Below are positions 27,867 to 37,418 of a DNA stretch of 64,000 nucleotides, in pieces (position 1 is the stretch's first letter; the number at the start of each line of letters is the position of its first letter). The stretch is taken from positions 17,045 to 81,044 of the forward strand of contig CALRGC010000001.1 of NCBI GenBank assembly GCA_943357105.1, given 5' to 3'. Under the pieces are notes generated by a model. It made no database searches, was not told the DNA's origin, and was given only the letters and a program-made list of their open reading frames with translations. Made by a program: the position numbers and the translations under genes. This stretch comes from Candidatus Magasanikiibacteriota bacterium. Lineage in GTDB: Bacteria; Patescibacteriota; Patescibacteriia; Magasanikbacterales; GWA2-37-8.

Positions 27867-28412
27867 ATGTGTAACAAAATGAGTGCGATGTCTTGCGTAC
27901 ATGGCAAGATGAAGGATTTTGGTCTTTTGGCTTTGCGCCTGGCTTTGGGCGTGATTTTTATCTATGCCGGTTATGAAAAACTTGGTCCTGGTCATGCTAT
28001 GGCTGTTGGAATGTTTGGTAAGATGATTGGTCCAGAATCAGCCGGTGCTTTTTGGGCATATTTTGTCGGTTTGGCTGAATTTGTCGGTGGTTTGATGGTA
28101 TTGCTGGGTGTTTTTGCTACTTATGCTTCAGCTTGGTTGTCGGTAATTATGGTGGTAGCACTAGTATTATTGGCCAGAACTGGCGGTGGCTTCATGAATT
28201 TATTTACTCCGATCGCTGTTTTGGGTGGTACTTTAGCTTTATTGGGTTCTGGTGCCGGCAGTTACCGTTTGGTACAATGTGAATGTCATTGTCCAAAATG
28301 CAAAGCAATGTGTGGTGATGGACAGTGTGAACCAAAAGCCGCAATGTCACCAATGGATGTAAAATCGATGGGTGGATGCTGTGGATCAGGCAACTGCGGA
28401 GATAAAAAATAG
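27867..28412 (+). CDS. DoxX-family membrane protein with a Cys-rich C-terminal tail
   Basis: DoxX TM core followed by CECHCPKCKAMCGDGQCEP...GGCCGSGNCGDKK. Confidence 0.6.
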   Translation: MCNKMSAMSCVHGKMKDFGLLALRLALGVIFIYAGYEKLGPGHAMAVGMFGKMIGPESAGAFWAYFVGLAEFVGGLMVLLGVFATYASAWLSVIMVVALVLLARTGGGFMNLFTPIAVLGGTLALLGSGAGSYRLVQCECHCPKCKAMCGDGQCEPKAAMSPMDVKSMGGCCGSGNCGDKK

Positions 28413-28424
28413 AAAACTAAAAAC

Positions 28425-28466
28425 AAAAACACCTCGGAAAAAATTTCGAGGTGTTTTTAATTTTCT
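28425..28466. terminator. bidirectional terminator between the convergent doxX-like and ABC-F genes
   Basis: acacctcg...cgaggtgt stem between A- and T-tracts. Confidence 0.65.
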
Positions 28467-30265
28467 ATTTTTTCTTGGAGAGCTAGCCACTCATCTTCTT
28501 TGTTTTTGATCTCTTTATCGAGGTCGCCGAGGTGGCGGTAGTCGGCTAGTTGGAATTTGGTAGGATCTTTGGCTTGTTTGCGCAGGAGTTTGGTTTTCAC
28601 TTTTTCCATTTCACAGATGTCTTCTTCGATTTTTTGGAGTTTCTTTTTTTCGGCTTTTATTTCTTCGTAGCGCTGTTTTTTTTCTTCGTCGGTTTTTTCT
28701 ACTGGAGCGACTTCTTCTTTTTTCTCCGGCTCTATGGATTGTTCCAAATTATAAATATATTCTTCATAATTACCCGGGTAGCGGCACACTTCGCCGTTTT
28801 TGACTTCGATAATCATCGTGGCTACGGAGTTTACAAAAGTGCGATTGTGGCTGATAAACAAGACTGTGCCGTTGAATTCTTCCAGGGCCAAGCCAAGCGC
28901 TTCCACGGTTTCAAAGTCGAGGTGGTTGGTAGGTTCATCCAGTAATAATACTTTGCTTTTGGATAGCAGAATACTAACCAGGCAGAGGCGCGCTTTTTCA
29001 CCGCCACTGAGCATGTGGATATATTTTTCCAGGTCATTTTCGTGGAACAAAAAATTCCCGGCCATTCTAAGAATTTCTTCATCGTTGATCTCGCTGGGAG
29101 CGGTAGCGCGTAAATTTGTCCAGACTTTATCTTCTGAATTTAGGGAGTTTGGCACATGTTGGGCATAGTAGGCGAAAGTGGTGTCGATTGCCCATTTAAA
29201 TTTGCCTCCTAGAGACGACAGTTCACCCGCCAGAGTTTTGAGAAAAGTGGTTTTGCCTTGGCCGTTGTCGCCGAGAATAGCGACATGTTCGCCGCGTTCA
29301 ATGTCCAGAGTAATATTTTCAGCGATAATCTTTTCACCATAACCTATAGTTAATTTTTCACTGCGAAATAGTAAACCCTTTTTTGTTTCCACATTGGGAA
29401 TATGAATTTTGACGGTGGAGAGCGGGCTTTGGATATCGAGTTTTTTTAGTTTTTCAATTGCTTTGAGTTTGCTTTGTGCTTGGCTCGCTTTGCTGGCTTT
29501 ATAACGAAATTTATCTACAAAATTTTGCAGATGTCTTTGTTCGCGTTCAATTTTTTTGTTATATAGTTTGGCAAAGGCCAGGCGTTCTTCTTTGTATTCC
29601 AAATATTCATCAATTGGACGCGGAAACAAGGTGAGGTTGCCTTGTTCGATTTCTAAAGTTTGTTCGCAAGTGCGTTTGAGAAATTCGCGATCGTGTGAAA
29701 TGATAACAAAAGATTCACTGTAATCGCGTAAAAATTTTTCTAACAATAACTGAGTGTGAACATCGAGATAGTTGGTAGGCTCATCAAGCAAAAATAAATT
29801 TGGATCTTTGAGCAGCATCGCGGTCAATCGCGCGCGCATCTGGTAGCCGCCCGAGAGAGTAGAGAGTTTGGAGTCAAGCAGTTCATTTTTGATTTCAAAT
29901 TTGCCGGCCATCTTGGCGCATTGCCAATTTTTTTTGCCGCTTTGGCGTTCGAGAAATTGGAGTACGGTTTCATCATCAGCAATTTTTTCGTGCTGTTCTA
30001 GATATTCCAATCTAGTGATGGGTTGAAGAGTGATCACGCCAGAATCGGCCTGCTCTTGGCCCACGATCATGCGCAAGAGGGTGGATTTGCCAGCGCCGTT
30101 GCGACCGATGACGCCGATTTTTTGTTTGCTATGAATAGCCAGATTGGCATCACGAAAAATTACCTGTTGGTGGTAGGATTTATTGAGTTTTTCGATTGTG
30201 AGCAAAGTGGCCACAGTGGGGAAAGGATAACAAAAAAAGATGGATTTGTAAATAAAAAACATCCG
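28457..30265 (-). CDS. ABC-F family ATPase (translation/ribosome-associated, EttA/Uup-like)
   Basis: Two ABC domains (Walker A GRNGAGKST and GDNGQGKTT; LSGGEK signatures); C-terminal coiled coil; start uncertain because the long ORF overlaps divergent dus. Confidence 0.85.
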   Translation of the reverse strand, partial: RMFFIYKSIFFCYPFPTVATLLTIEKLNKSYHQQVIFRDANLAIHSKQKIGVIGRNGAGKSTLLRMIVGQEQADSGVITLQPITRLEYLEQHEKIADDETVLQFLERQSGKKNWQCAKMAGKFEIKNELLDSKLSTLSGGYQMRARLTAMLLKDPNLFLLDEPTNYLDVHTQLLLEKFLRDYSESFVIISHDREFLKRTCEQTLEIEQGNLTLFPRPIDEYLEYKEERLAFAKLYNKKIEREQRHLQNFVDKFRYKASKASQAQSKLKAIEKLKKLDIQSPLSTVKIHIPNVETKKGLLFRSEKLTIGYGEKIIAENITLDIERGEHVAILGDNGQGKTTFLKTLAGELSSLGGKFKWAIDTTFAYYAQHVPNSLNSEDKVWTNLRATAPSEINDEEILRMAGNFLFHENDLEKYIHMLSGGEKARLCLVSILLSKSKVLLLDEPTNHLDFETVEALGLALEEFNGTVLFISHNRTFVNSVATMIIEVKNGEVCRYPGNYEEYIYNLEQSIEPEKKEEVAPVEKTDEEKKQRYEEIKAEKKKLQKIEEDICEMEKVKTKLLRKQAKDPTKFQLADYRHLGDLDKEIKNKEDEWLALQEKIEN

Positions 30266-30328
30266 GAGATTTTCAACGGCATAGATTGACTTTTCCCAAT
30301 AAATATAGGATAATGACCCAATAAATTT

Positions 30329-31309
30329 ATGATTCAAGGATTTTGGAAAAATTTAAAAAAACCGATTATGGTCCTGGCCCCGATGGCCAATGTCACGGAC
30401 TGTGCTTTTCGTCGCATCATCGCTAAATATGGCAAGCCGGATGTAATCTGGACCGAGTTTGTGTCTTGTGATGGCCTCATGTCGCGCGGTCGCGAACATC
30501 TCATGGTCGATCTCAAATACTCTGAAATTGAACGCCCGATTGTGGCGCAGATTTTTGGTAGCAAACCAGAGAATTTTTTTAAGACAGCGCAACTAATAAA
30601 AGAACTGGGATTTGATGGTATTGATATCAATATGGGCTGTCCCGATAGAAATGTAGAAAAGCAGGGAGCCGGAGCTTGTATGATAAAAAATCCTGAAAGC
30701 GCCAAAGAAGTAATCCTGGCCACGATGGCTGGCGCGCCGGATCTGCCGGTATCCGTGAAAACTCGCATTGGCTATAATAAAAATACTTTGTCTGAATGGT
30801 TACCGGTCTTGCTTTCGACCAATCTGGCCGCTATCACTATTCACGCGCGCACGCGCAAAGAAATGTCGCTCGTACCAGCTCGCTGGGGGCATATTAAAGA
30901 AGCGGTAGAAATTCGCGATGCTATTCAAACTGGAGAGGAAAAAACTTTGATACTGGGAAATGGCGATGTCAAAAATCTTACTGAAGCGTATCAAAGAGTA
31001 GAAGAAACCAGCTGTGACGGCGTGATGATCGGTCGCGGAATTTTTGGTAATCCTTGGTTGTTCAACAAAGATATGATTGGTAAAGAAATTTCGATAAAAG
31101 AAAAATTGCGCGTGATGGTAGAGCACACCAAACTTTTTGAAGAGCTACTCGGCGAACACAAAGGTTTTGAACTGATGAAAAAACATTATAAGGCGTATGT
31201 AAATGGTTTTGATAAAGCCAAAGAGTTACGCATTGAACTGATGGAAAAATCTGATAACGCGGCGGCCGTAGAAACCATAGTCAATCACTTTCTTGCTAAA
31301 AATTTTTAG
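30329..31309 (+). CDS. dus: tRNA-dihydrouridine synthase
   Basis: 326 aa; Dus family (VLAPMANVTDCAFRR; catalytic Cys). Confidence 0.9.
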   Translation: MIQGFWKNLKKPIMVLAPMANVTDCAFRRIIAKYGKPDVIWTEFVSCDGLMSRGREHLMVDLKYSEIERPIVAQIFGSKPENFFKTAQLIKELGFDGIDINMGCPDRNVEKQGAGACMIKNPESAKEVILATMAGAPDLPVSVKTRIGYNKNTLSEWLPVLLSTNLAAITIHARTRKEMSLVPARWGHIKEAVEIRDAIQTGEEKTLILGNGDVKNLTEAYQRVEETSCDGVMIGRGIFGNPWLFNKDMIGKEISIKEKLRVMVEHTKLFEELLGEHKGFELMKKHYKAYVNGFDKAKELRIELMEKSDNAAAVETIVNHFLAKNF

Positions 31310-31351
31310 AGTTGGTATACTTATTTTATAATAAAAATAGCTAAATTTGAT

Positions 31352-31885
31352 ATGTTTGATAAACTTTTAAGTAGATTTAACAAAGCTGAAGAAGCTAGAA
31401 GAATGGCCTTAAAACCAGACGAAAAACAAGCCCCGACTCCAGACCCAAAAAGATTGAAGGGAATGGATGATAAGACTCAATTGGAAACTTGGTCAAAAGA
31501 AGACAAAACAGGCGAAAGTTTTGCAGGTCTTAAAGAATTTACCTATCAAGGTGAAGATGGGAAATTGATCAATGGAGAGAAAATAGAAGAACATCCTCAA
31601 CCACACGTGAAATTGGTGGTAGATAATACCAAGCCTGATCATGATAAGAAAATTCAACAAATTGAAGAAACGGCAGAAATGCCAGCGATAGAAGCCGCCA
31701 ATTCAGAGGCAGAAGTAGTTGATGAAACCGAACTTAGAATGCAAAATGAATTAAGTGAAGCCAAAGCAGAAGTTGCGGAAGCTCAAGCTAGGTTTGAAGC
31801 GGCTCAAGCAAAATTTGTTGCTAAGCAAAGAGATTTAGAGGATTATCAGGCCACTAAGGATCATATTGATAAAATCGCGGCTTAA
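31352..31885 (+). CDS. hypothetical charged/coiled-coil protein
   Basis: 177-aa ORF rich in E/K/A. Confidence 0.45.
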   Translation: MFDKLLSRFNKAEEARRMALKPDEKQAPTPDPKRLKGMDDKTQLETWSKEDKTGESFAGLKEFTYQGEDGKLINGEKIEEHPQPHVKLVVDNTKPDHDKKIQQIEETAEMPAIEAANSEAEVVDETELRMQNELSEAKAEVAEAQARFEAAQAKFVAKQRDLEDYQATKDHIDKIAA

Positions 31886-31891
31886 GCTTAT

Positions 31892-32944
31892 ATGAAAGTA
31901 AATGGACAAGATTTTAAAACCGTTTGGCGCGTGGGTGCCTCGGTTTTTTTAATTGAGCAAAATATTTTGCCGTTTGAGTTTAAAATTTTCGAAAGTAAAA
32001 ATTACCGTCAAACTTGTGAGGCGATTATCATCATGCTCGTTCGCGGCGCGATCGCTTTGGAAGCGACTGCGGCTTATGCTTTGGTGCAAGCTTTTTTGGA
32101 AGCGACACAAAATAATTTATGGCAGTATGTAGATCAAGCCAAAAAAGAAATTGAAGCCACTCGTCCCACGGCGGTAAATTTATTTTACGCGGTAAAGCGC
32201 GTCTATGACGCGGCTAAAAATTCTGCTGATCCAGTCAACGCCGCCCAAGCGGAAGCGGAAAAAATGGTGGCCGAAAGTATTGCCGCTACTAAAAAAATTG
32301 GTGAGTATGGCGCTGAACTCATCATCGATGGTATGAATATTGAAACCCACTGTAATGCCGGTTGGCTTGGCTGTGTGGATTGGGGTACGGCATTGTCCCC
32401 AATGTATATTGCCCATCGGGCTGGCAAAAAAATATTTGTTTATGCCGATGAAACCAGACCGCGCGGCCAAGGTTCGCGTCTTTCCGCTTGGGAATTGCAT
32501 AATGAAGGTGTGCCTCACGCCATAATTCCCGACAATGCCGGAGCCTATCTGATGGGTCAAGGGAAAGTAGATTTGATGATTGTGGGAGCTGACAGAATTG
32601 CCGCTAATGGTGACACCGCCAACAAAATCGGCACTATGGAAAAAGCGATTGCCGCTAAATATTTTGGTATACCTTTTTATGTCGCCGCGCCACTAGCCAC
32701 TTTTGATATTAATTGTGAGAGTGGGCAAAATATTAAAATTGAAGAGCGTAGTCAGGATGAAGTGCTCTATCAGACTGGCCCGGATGAAAACGATCAGATA
32801 AAAAAAGTGTTGGTTTGCTCACCAGGATCAAGCGCGGTGAATCCAGGATTTGATGTTACGCCCGCTGAACTGATCACCGGGATTATTACCGAAAAAGGCA
32901 TAATCAAACCAACGATAGAAAATATCAAAGCGCTGTTTGTTTAA
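31892..32944 (+). CDS. mtnA: eIF-2B alpha/beta/delta-like family: methylthioribose-1-phosphate isomerase (MtnA) or ribose-1,5-bisphosphate isomerase
   Basis: 350 aa; LMIVGADRIAANGDTANKIGT motif. Confidence 0.75.
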   Translation: MKVNGQDFKTVWRVGASVFLIEQNILPFEFKIFESKNYRQTCEAIIIMLVRGAIALEATAAYALVQAFLEATQNNLWQYVDQAKKEIEATRPTAVNLFYAVKRVYDAAKNSADPVNAAQAEAEKMVAESIAATKKIGEYGAELIIDGMNIETHCNAGWLGCVDWGTALSPMYIAHRAGKKIFVYADETRPRGQGSRLSAWELHNEGVPHAIIPDNAGAYLMGQGKVDLMIVGADRIAANGDTANKIGTMEKAIAAKYFGIPFYVAAPLATFDINCESGQNIKIEERSQDEVLYQTGPDENDQIKKVLVCSPGSSAVNPGFDVTPAELITGIITEKGIIKPTIENIKALFV

Positions 32945-33566
32945 TATGTCTTTTCACGCGGTAAAATTTCAGACAAAAATACTTTATCGCGCCACGCCGC
33001 AAGACAAGCGCATTGATGAAATTCGTAAATGGGCGAAAATTTTTCATGCTAATAATCTAACGCCAATCATTGAAAGTAATATTTCTTGTGGCAATCTCAG
33101 TTTTCGTATCAATCCCGGTGAGAATAAATTTATTATTACCTGCTCTCAAATGGGTTTTAATAAAGAGCTGTCCGAAGATGCTTTTGCTCAAGTTTTTGAT
33201 TGTAATTTTGAACAGGGCGTAGTGTTTGCACTGGGCGAACGTGAGCCGTCTTCCGAAAGTATGTTGCATTTTGCTATCTATAAATCGCGTCCCGAAGTGA
33301 ACGCGATTTTTCATGGCCACAGTGCGAAAATTTTGGAAAATTATTCCTCACTAAAATTAGTAGAGACGGTCAAGGAACAACCTTACGGCACACCGGAGCT
33401 AGCTTTCGAAGTTTTAGATGTTTTGAAAGATAATAATTTTGTAGTAATGAAAAACCACGGATTTGTATCCGTGGCTGAGACGATGGATGAAGCCGGAAAT
33501 GGAACCTTAAAAATTTTGTTTGATATTTATTCTCCTTCAAATTCTACCAGCGCAAAAGTTTTGTAG
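32937..33566 (+). CDS. class II aldolase/adducin-family protein (methylthioribulose-1-phosphate dehydratase-like)
   Basis: 209 aa; His-rich metal site AIFHGHS; 8-nt overlap with mtnA. Confidence 0.65.
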   Translation: MFNMSFHAVKFQTKILYRATPQDKRIDEIRKWAKIFHANNLTPIIESNISCGNLSFRINPGENKFIITCSQMGFNKELSEDAFAQVFDCNFEQGVVFALGEREPSSESMLHFAIYKSRPEVNAIFHGHSAKILENYSSLKLVETVKEQPYGTPELAFEVLDVLKDNNFVVMKNHGFVSVAETMDEAGNGTLKILFDIYSPSNSTSAKVL

Positions 33567-34060
33567 CCGGCGTCTTCCAGTCTTTTTTTGCCACCTAAAT
33601 CCGGCAGATCGATCACAAAACAACATTCAATTACATCGCCTTGTAATTTTTTTATTAGGCTGGCGGCGGCCATCGCCGTACCACCGGTCGCGATTAGGTC
33701 ATCCACCAATAATATTTTTTCATTGGGCTCAATCGCGTCTTCGTGTAGTTCGATTTTATCGGTGCCATATTCGAGCGCGTATTCTTGAGAAACGGTTTTA
33801 AATGGTAATTTGCCTTTTTTACGAATAGGAATAAACCCAACGCCCAGGCGATGAGCGAGCGCGGCGCCAATAATAAATCCACGAGATTCAATACCGGCTA
33901 TCAGATCAATTGGTGTATCTTTATAGCGTTCTACCAGCAGATCCAACATCTCTTTAAAACCATGCGCGTCTTGTAATAATGTAGTGATGTCGCGAAACAT
34001 TATTCCCGGTTTTGGCCAGTGCGGCACCGTACGAATTTTATCTTTTATAGCTTGCGACAT
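33527..34060 (-). CDS. apt: adenine phosphoribosyltransferase
   Basis: PRPP-binding motif VLLVDDLIATGGT. Confidence 0.9.
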   Translation of the reverse strand: MSQAIKDKIRTVPHWPKPGIMFRDITTLLQDAHGFKEMLDLLVERYKDTPIDLIAGIESRGFIIGAALAHRLGVGFIPIRKKGKLPFKTVSQEYALEYGTDKIELHEDAIEPNEKILLVDDLIATGGTAMAAASLIKKLQGDVIECCFVIDLPDLGGKKRLEDAGYKTFALVEFEGE

Positions 34061-34061
34061 A

Positions 34062-34811
34062 CTATTTAATTTTAGGAATAATATTAGTAAGCAAATCGGT
34101 TACTTTGGCTACATTGTCTTTAAAAATTTCTATTACCGCTTCCCAAGTTACCGGCGCTTCATCTTCTTTCCAACAATCATAATCAGTGGACATAGCAACC
34201 GAAGCGTAGGGGATGCCGAGTTCATTAGCCAAGGCCGCTTCCGGACCAGTGGTCATATTAATAACTTCCGCGCCCCAAGCTCGAAACATTTTGCTTTCCG
34301 CGCGAGTGGAAAATCTTGGACCTTCGATAGTTACAATTGTACCGGTTTTGTGATGCTTGATATTTAGATCTTCACAGCCTTTGATTAAAAGTTCACGCAA
34401 ATTTTTATTAAAGGGATCAGCCATCGGCGTATGTTTCATTTCACCCGGTTCAAATTTTTCAAAAAAAGTAATCGCGCGATGGCGAGTGAAATCAATAAAT
34501 TGATCCAGTACTACCAGATCACCGCGACCAATTTCGAGCTTCAAAGAGCCAACCGCCGTAGTCGCTACGATATGAGTACAGCCAGCTTCTTTGAGCGCCC
34601 ACAGATTAGCGCGAAAGTTTACTTGGGTCGGCGGGATAGTATGCTCACGGCCATGGCGAGCAATTAAAGCCACTTTTTGTCCACCAATGGTGCCAGTTTT
34701 GAGTGGAGATGATGGCGAACCATAGGGAGTATTAATTTCTACATCTTTAGCGTTTTCTAAAATATTTGGATTGTCCAAGCCTGAGCCTCCAATAATACCA
34801 ATTTTTATCAT
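34062..34811 (-). CDS. mtnP: S-methyl-5'-thioadenosine / purine nucleoside phosphorylase
   Basis: PNP/MTAP family (MIKIGIIGGSGLD); start trimmed to MIKIGII. Confidence 0.85.
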   Translation of the reverse strand: MIKIGIIGGSGLDNPNILENAKDVEINTPYGSPSSPLKTGTIGGQKVALIARHGREHTIPPTQVNFRANLWALKEAGCTHIVATTAVGSLKLEIGRGDLVVLDQFIDFTRHRAITFFEKFEPGEMKHTPMADPFNKNLRELLIKGCEDLNIKHHKTGTIVTIEGPRFSTRAESKMFRAWGAEVINMTTGPEAALANELGIPYASVAMSTDYDCWKEDEAPVTWEAVIEIFKDNVAKVTDLLTNIIPKIK

Positions 34812-34920
34812 AAAAAAATTAATTATAATCAACTCAATAATTGTATCATATTTCTTTATTAAGTAAATATAAGCTTTATATTGACTTTTAAGAGTTTTTT
34901 TGTTAGTATATCAATCACTT

Positions 34921-34997
34921 GTCAGGGTAGCTCAGCTGGTTAGAGCACGGCATTCATAACGCCGAGGTCGGGAGTTCGATTCTCCCCTCTGACACCA
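34921..34997 (+). tRNA. tRNA with CAU anticodon (elongator Met or Ile2-lysidine type)
   Basis: Cloverleaf with G1-C72; anticodon loop TTCATAA; T-loop TTCGATT; CCA encoded. Confidence 0.75.
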
Positions 34998-35078
34998 TTG
35001 TCCACCCCGACCCCCGGCTTAAGACACCTGCGCTTTCTTACGTCGCTTCGCTCCTATCTTTCCACTGTCGGGGTGTCC

Positions 35079-35113
35079 AAAAACAAAAAAACCGTCGCAA
35101 GACGGTTTTTTTG
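35079..35113. terminator. bidirectional terminator (accgtc-gcaa-gacggt) between tRNA and hup
   Basis: A-tract / stem / T-tract. Confidence 0.7.
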
Positions 35114-35123
35114 TTTAATTTTT

Positions 35124-35405
35124 TTAGCTAGCTTTGAGCGCGTCTTTCAAAGCTTTACCAGCCTTGAATTTTGGCACTTTCACCGCAGGAATTTGAATTT
35201 TTTCAGTTGGCTTTTGTGGGTTGACACCAGTGCGAGCGGCGCGAGTCTTGGCGCTAAAAGCACCAAAACCAGTGAGCACCACTTCGTCACCTTTTTTCAA
35301 AGTGGCGATAGTGAGATCCACAAAAGCGTTGATCATGTCTTCGGCTTCACGCTTGGAGACATTTAATTTTTCGGATAGTGCTTGAGCTAATTCAGCTTTG
35401 TTCAT
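35124..35405 (-). CDS. hup: HU-family DNA-binding protein
   Basis: 93 aa; HU fold (GFGAFSAKTRAARTGVNPQ). Confidence 0.9.
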   Translation of the reverse strand: MNKAELAQALSEKLNVSKREAEDMINAFVDLTIATLKKGDEVVLTGFGAFSAKTRAARTGVNPQKPTEKIQIPAVKVPKFKAGKALKDALKAS

Positions 35406-35430
35406 ATTATTTAAATTTATTAATTACAGA

Positions 35431-35533
35431 GTAACAGGGAGGCAAATTACTTTTGAGCGGGTTATGAGGCCAAGCCTCATCCTTTCGCCCTCGCGGGCGA
35501 AAAAAGCGAAAAAGTCATTTGCCTCACTGTTAC
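35431..35533. repeat. Structured repeat family 3, copy 1: ~57 bp GC-rich core with two short hairpins inside a copy-specific ~24-bp inverted repeat
   Basis: Core gagcgggttatgaggccaagcctcatcctttcgccctcgcgggcgaaaaaagcgaaaa is identical in 47331-47388; flanks gtaacagggaggcaaattactttt / aaaagtcatttgcctcactgttac. Confidence 0.75.
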
Positions 35534-35599
35534 GAAACTATTATATCATAGCAACCATTTTTTCGCTACAATAGGCGATAATCACTTTTCCACAGCTCT

Positions 35600-37126
35600 T
35601 TAGCGAGCGTATTCGATGATACGAGATTCGCGAATAACATTGATGCGAATTTCACCAGGGTATTGTAAATCTTCCTCCACTTTGTGAGCGATATCTTTGG
35701 CCAACTGATAGGCGCCGTAGTCATCAATTTCATTTGGTTTGACAAACACACGCACTTCACGACCAGCCTGGATAGCATAAACTTTGTCGATACCCGGGAA
35801 GGACATGGCGGTTTTTTCTAATTCTTCCAGACGAGCCACAAATTGCTCCACGCTGTCGCGACGAGCGCCAATGCGAGCGCCAGAGATAGCGTCAGCGGCT
35901 TTGGCAATACAAGCGTAGATGCTTTGGGGTTTGTCCAAATGGTGATCGCGAGCGGCTTGGCAGACATCATCATCAATATTGAATTTTTTCAAAATCGCGT
36001 AGCCCACTTCCGGATGCGAACCTTGAGTTTCTTGATCCACGGCTTTTCCAATATCGTGGAAGAAGCCGGCCTTTTTGGCTTTGGATTGATCCAGACCTAA
36101 TTCAGCGGCCATGATACCGGCGAGATAACCAGTTTCCATCGAATGATTCATAATATTTTGGCCATAGCTGGTGCGATATTTCAGACGACCAACAATGCTG
36201 ACCAATTTTGGATCAATACCCACGATGTTCATTTTGTATAGAGCTTCTTCACCGGCCTTTTTGATCGCCAAAGCTAAATCTTGTTTGGCTTTTTCGACAA
36301 ACTCTTCGATACGAGCCGGCTGAATGCGGCCGTCGGCCATTAATTTTTCCAAAGCCAAACGAGCGACTTCGCGACGAATTGGGGAGAAACAAGAAATAAT
36401 AATAGATTCTGGAGTGTCATCAATTACAATTTCACAACCAGTAAGTTTTTCGATAGTTTTAATGTTGCGGCCTTCTTTACCGATGATGCGGCCTTTCATC
36501 TCTTCGCTTGGCAGATGAATTACCGAACCGGTAGTTTCAGCGGAATGAGAAGAAGCGGTGCGCTGGATCGCTTCGGTCATGAGGTTGCGAGCTTTTTCTT
36601 CGTAATGTTCAGTGGCTTCTTTTTCTAATTTAGAAATACGAGCGTAGAGATCAATTTTACTTTCTTCCTCCACAATAGCGAGCAATTCCAATTTGGCTTC
36701 TTCTCTGGTGAGACCGGCCAATTCCGTCAATTTTTCGGTCTGCTGAACTTTGAGGTTTTCTACCTCTTGTTTAATGGCCTTTACTTTCTCTACCTTTTCT
36801 TGAAGTTTATTTTGACTGTCTTGAAACTCTAACAATTTTTGATCAAACATCGTTTCACGTTTTTCCAAACGCTCTTGGGCGTTGTGGGCTTCGGCGCGAA
36901 TCTGTTTTTCTTCGGCCTTGGCTTCGTCGATAATTTTTTGGGCTTTTTCTTTACCTTCGATGACCAATTCCTGTTGTTTGGTCTTGGCCTCGGTAATCAT
37001 TTTTTCCGCTTTGGCCTCGATGGAGTTGGCCTGGGCCTGGGCGAATTTTTTGCGTAAAAAATATCCGCAGAAGCCGCCAACTATCGTCGCCACTAGGGCC
37101 ACGGCCAGCATAATTAATGAATTCAT
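35600..37126 (-). CDS. rny: ribonuclease Y
   Basis: N-terminal TM, coiled coil, KH and HD domains (FFHDIGKA). Confidence 0.9.
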   Translation of the reverse strand: MNSLIMLAVALVATIVGGFCGYFLRKKFAQAQANSIEAKAEKMITEAKTKQQELVIEGKEKAQKIIDEAKAEEKQIRAEAHNAQERLEKRETMFDQKLLEFQDSQNKLQEKVEKVKAIKQEVENLKVQQTEKLTELAGLTREEAKLELLAIVEEESKIDLYARISKLEKEATEHYEEKARNLMTEAIQRTASSHSAETTGSVIHLPSEEMKGRIIGKEGRNIKTIEKLTGCEIVIDDTPESIIISCFSPIRREVARLALEKLMADGRIQPARIEEFVEKAKQDLALAIKKAGEEALYKMNIVGIDPKLVSIVGRLKYRTSYGQNIMNHSMETGYLAGIMAAELGLDQSKAKKAGFFHDIGKAVDQETQGSHPEVGYAILKKFNIDDDVCQAARDHHLDKPQSIYACIAKAADAISGARIGARRDSVEQFVARLEELEKTAMSFPGIDKVYAIQAGREVRVFVKPNEIDDYGAYQLAKDIAHKVEEDLQYPGEIRINVIRESRIIEYAR

Positions 37127-37388
37127 ATATAAAAAATCTTTCAGAGTGAACTGAAAGACAGCATTTTGCCACTACTTGGCAAAAAAGGAAGAATTTTTGG
37201 TGGAAGATTACAAATTACTCGTTGGCACGAGTAGCACTTAAGTGAGGAAGGAAAAAGTCGATTTTGAAGCGATATTTTCGGTCAATCCAGCCGATAAAAT
37301 GTTGAAATTTGTAGTCATCTTAGCCAAATTTTATTATTTCTCCCAAACGCTGTTTTTGCAGTCAGCTCAGTTGTTATTTAAGTGCTTT

Positions 37389-37417
37389 TATAATAGCACA
37401 AATTGGGTAAAATGTCA
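37389..37417 (-). promoter_or_regulatory. consensus promoter TTGACA-17-TATTAT about 290 nt upstream of rny (long structured leader)
   Basis: Reverse complement reads ttgacattttacccaatttgtgctattat. Confidence 0.45.
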
Positions 37418-37418
37418 A

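Noticed and set aside
28550-29168. Plus-strand ORFs inside the ABC-F gene and similar antisense ORFs inside dnaE, rel, uvrA and the SBP gene
   Set aside because: They have low-complexity composition, lie opposite strongly supported genes and have no motifs.
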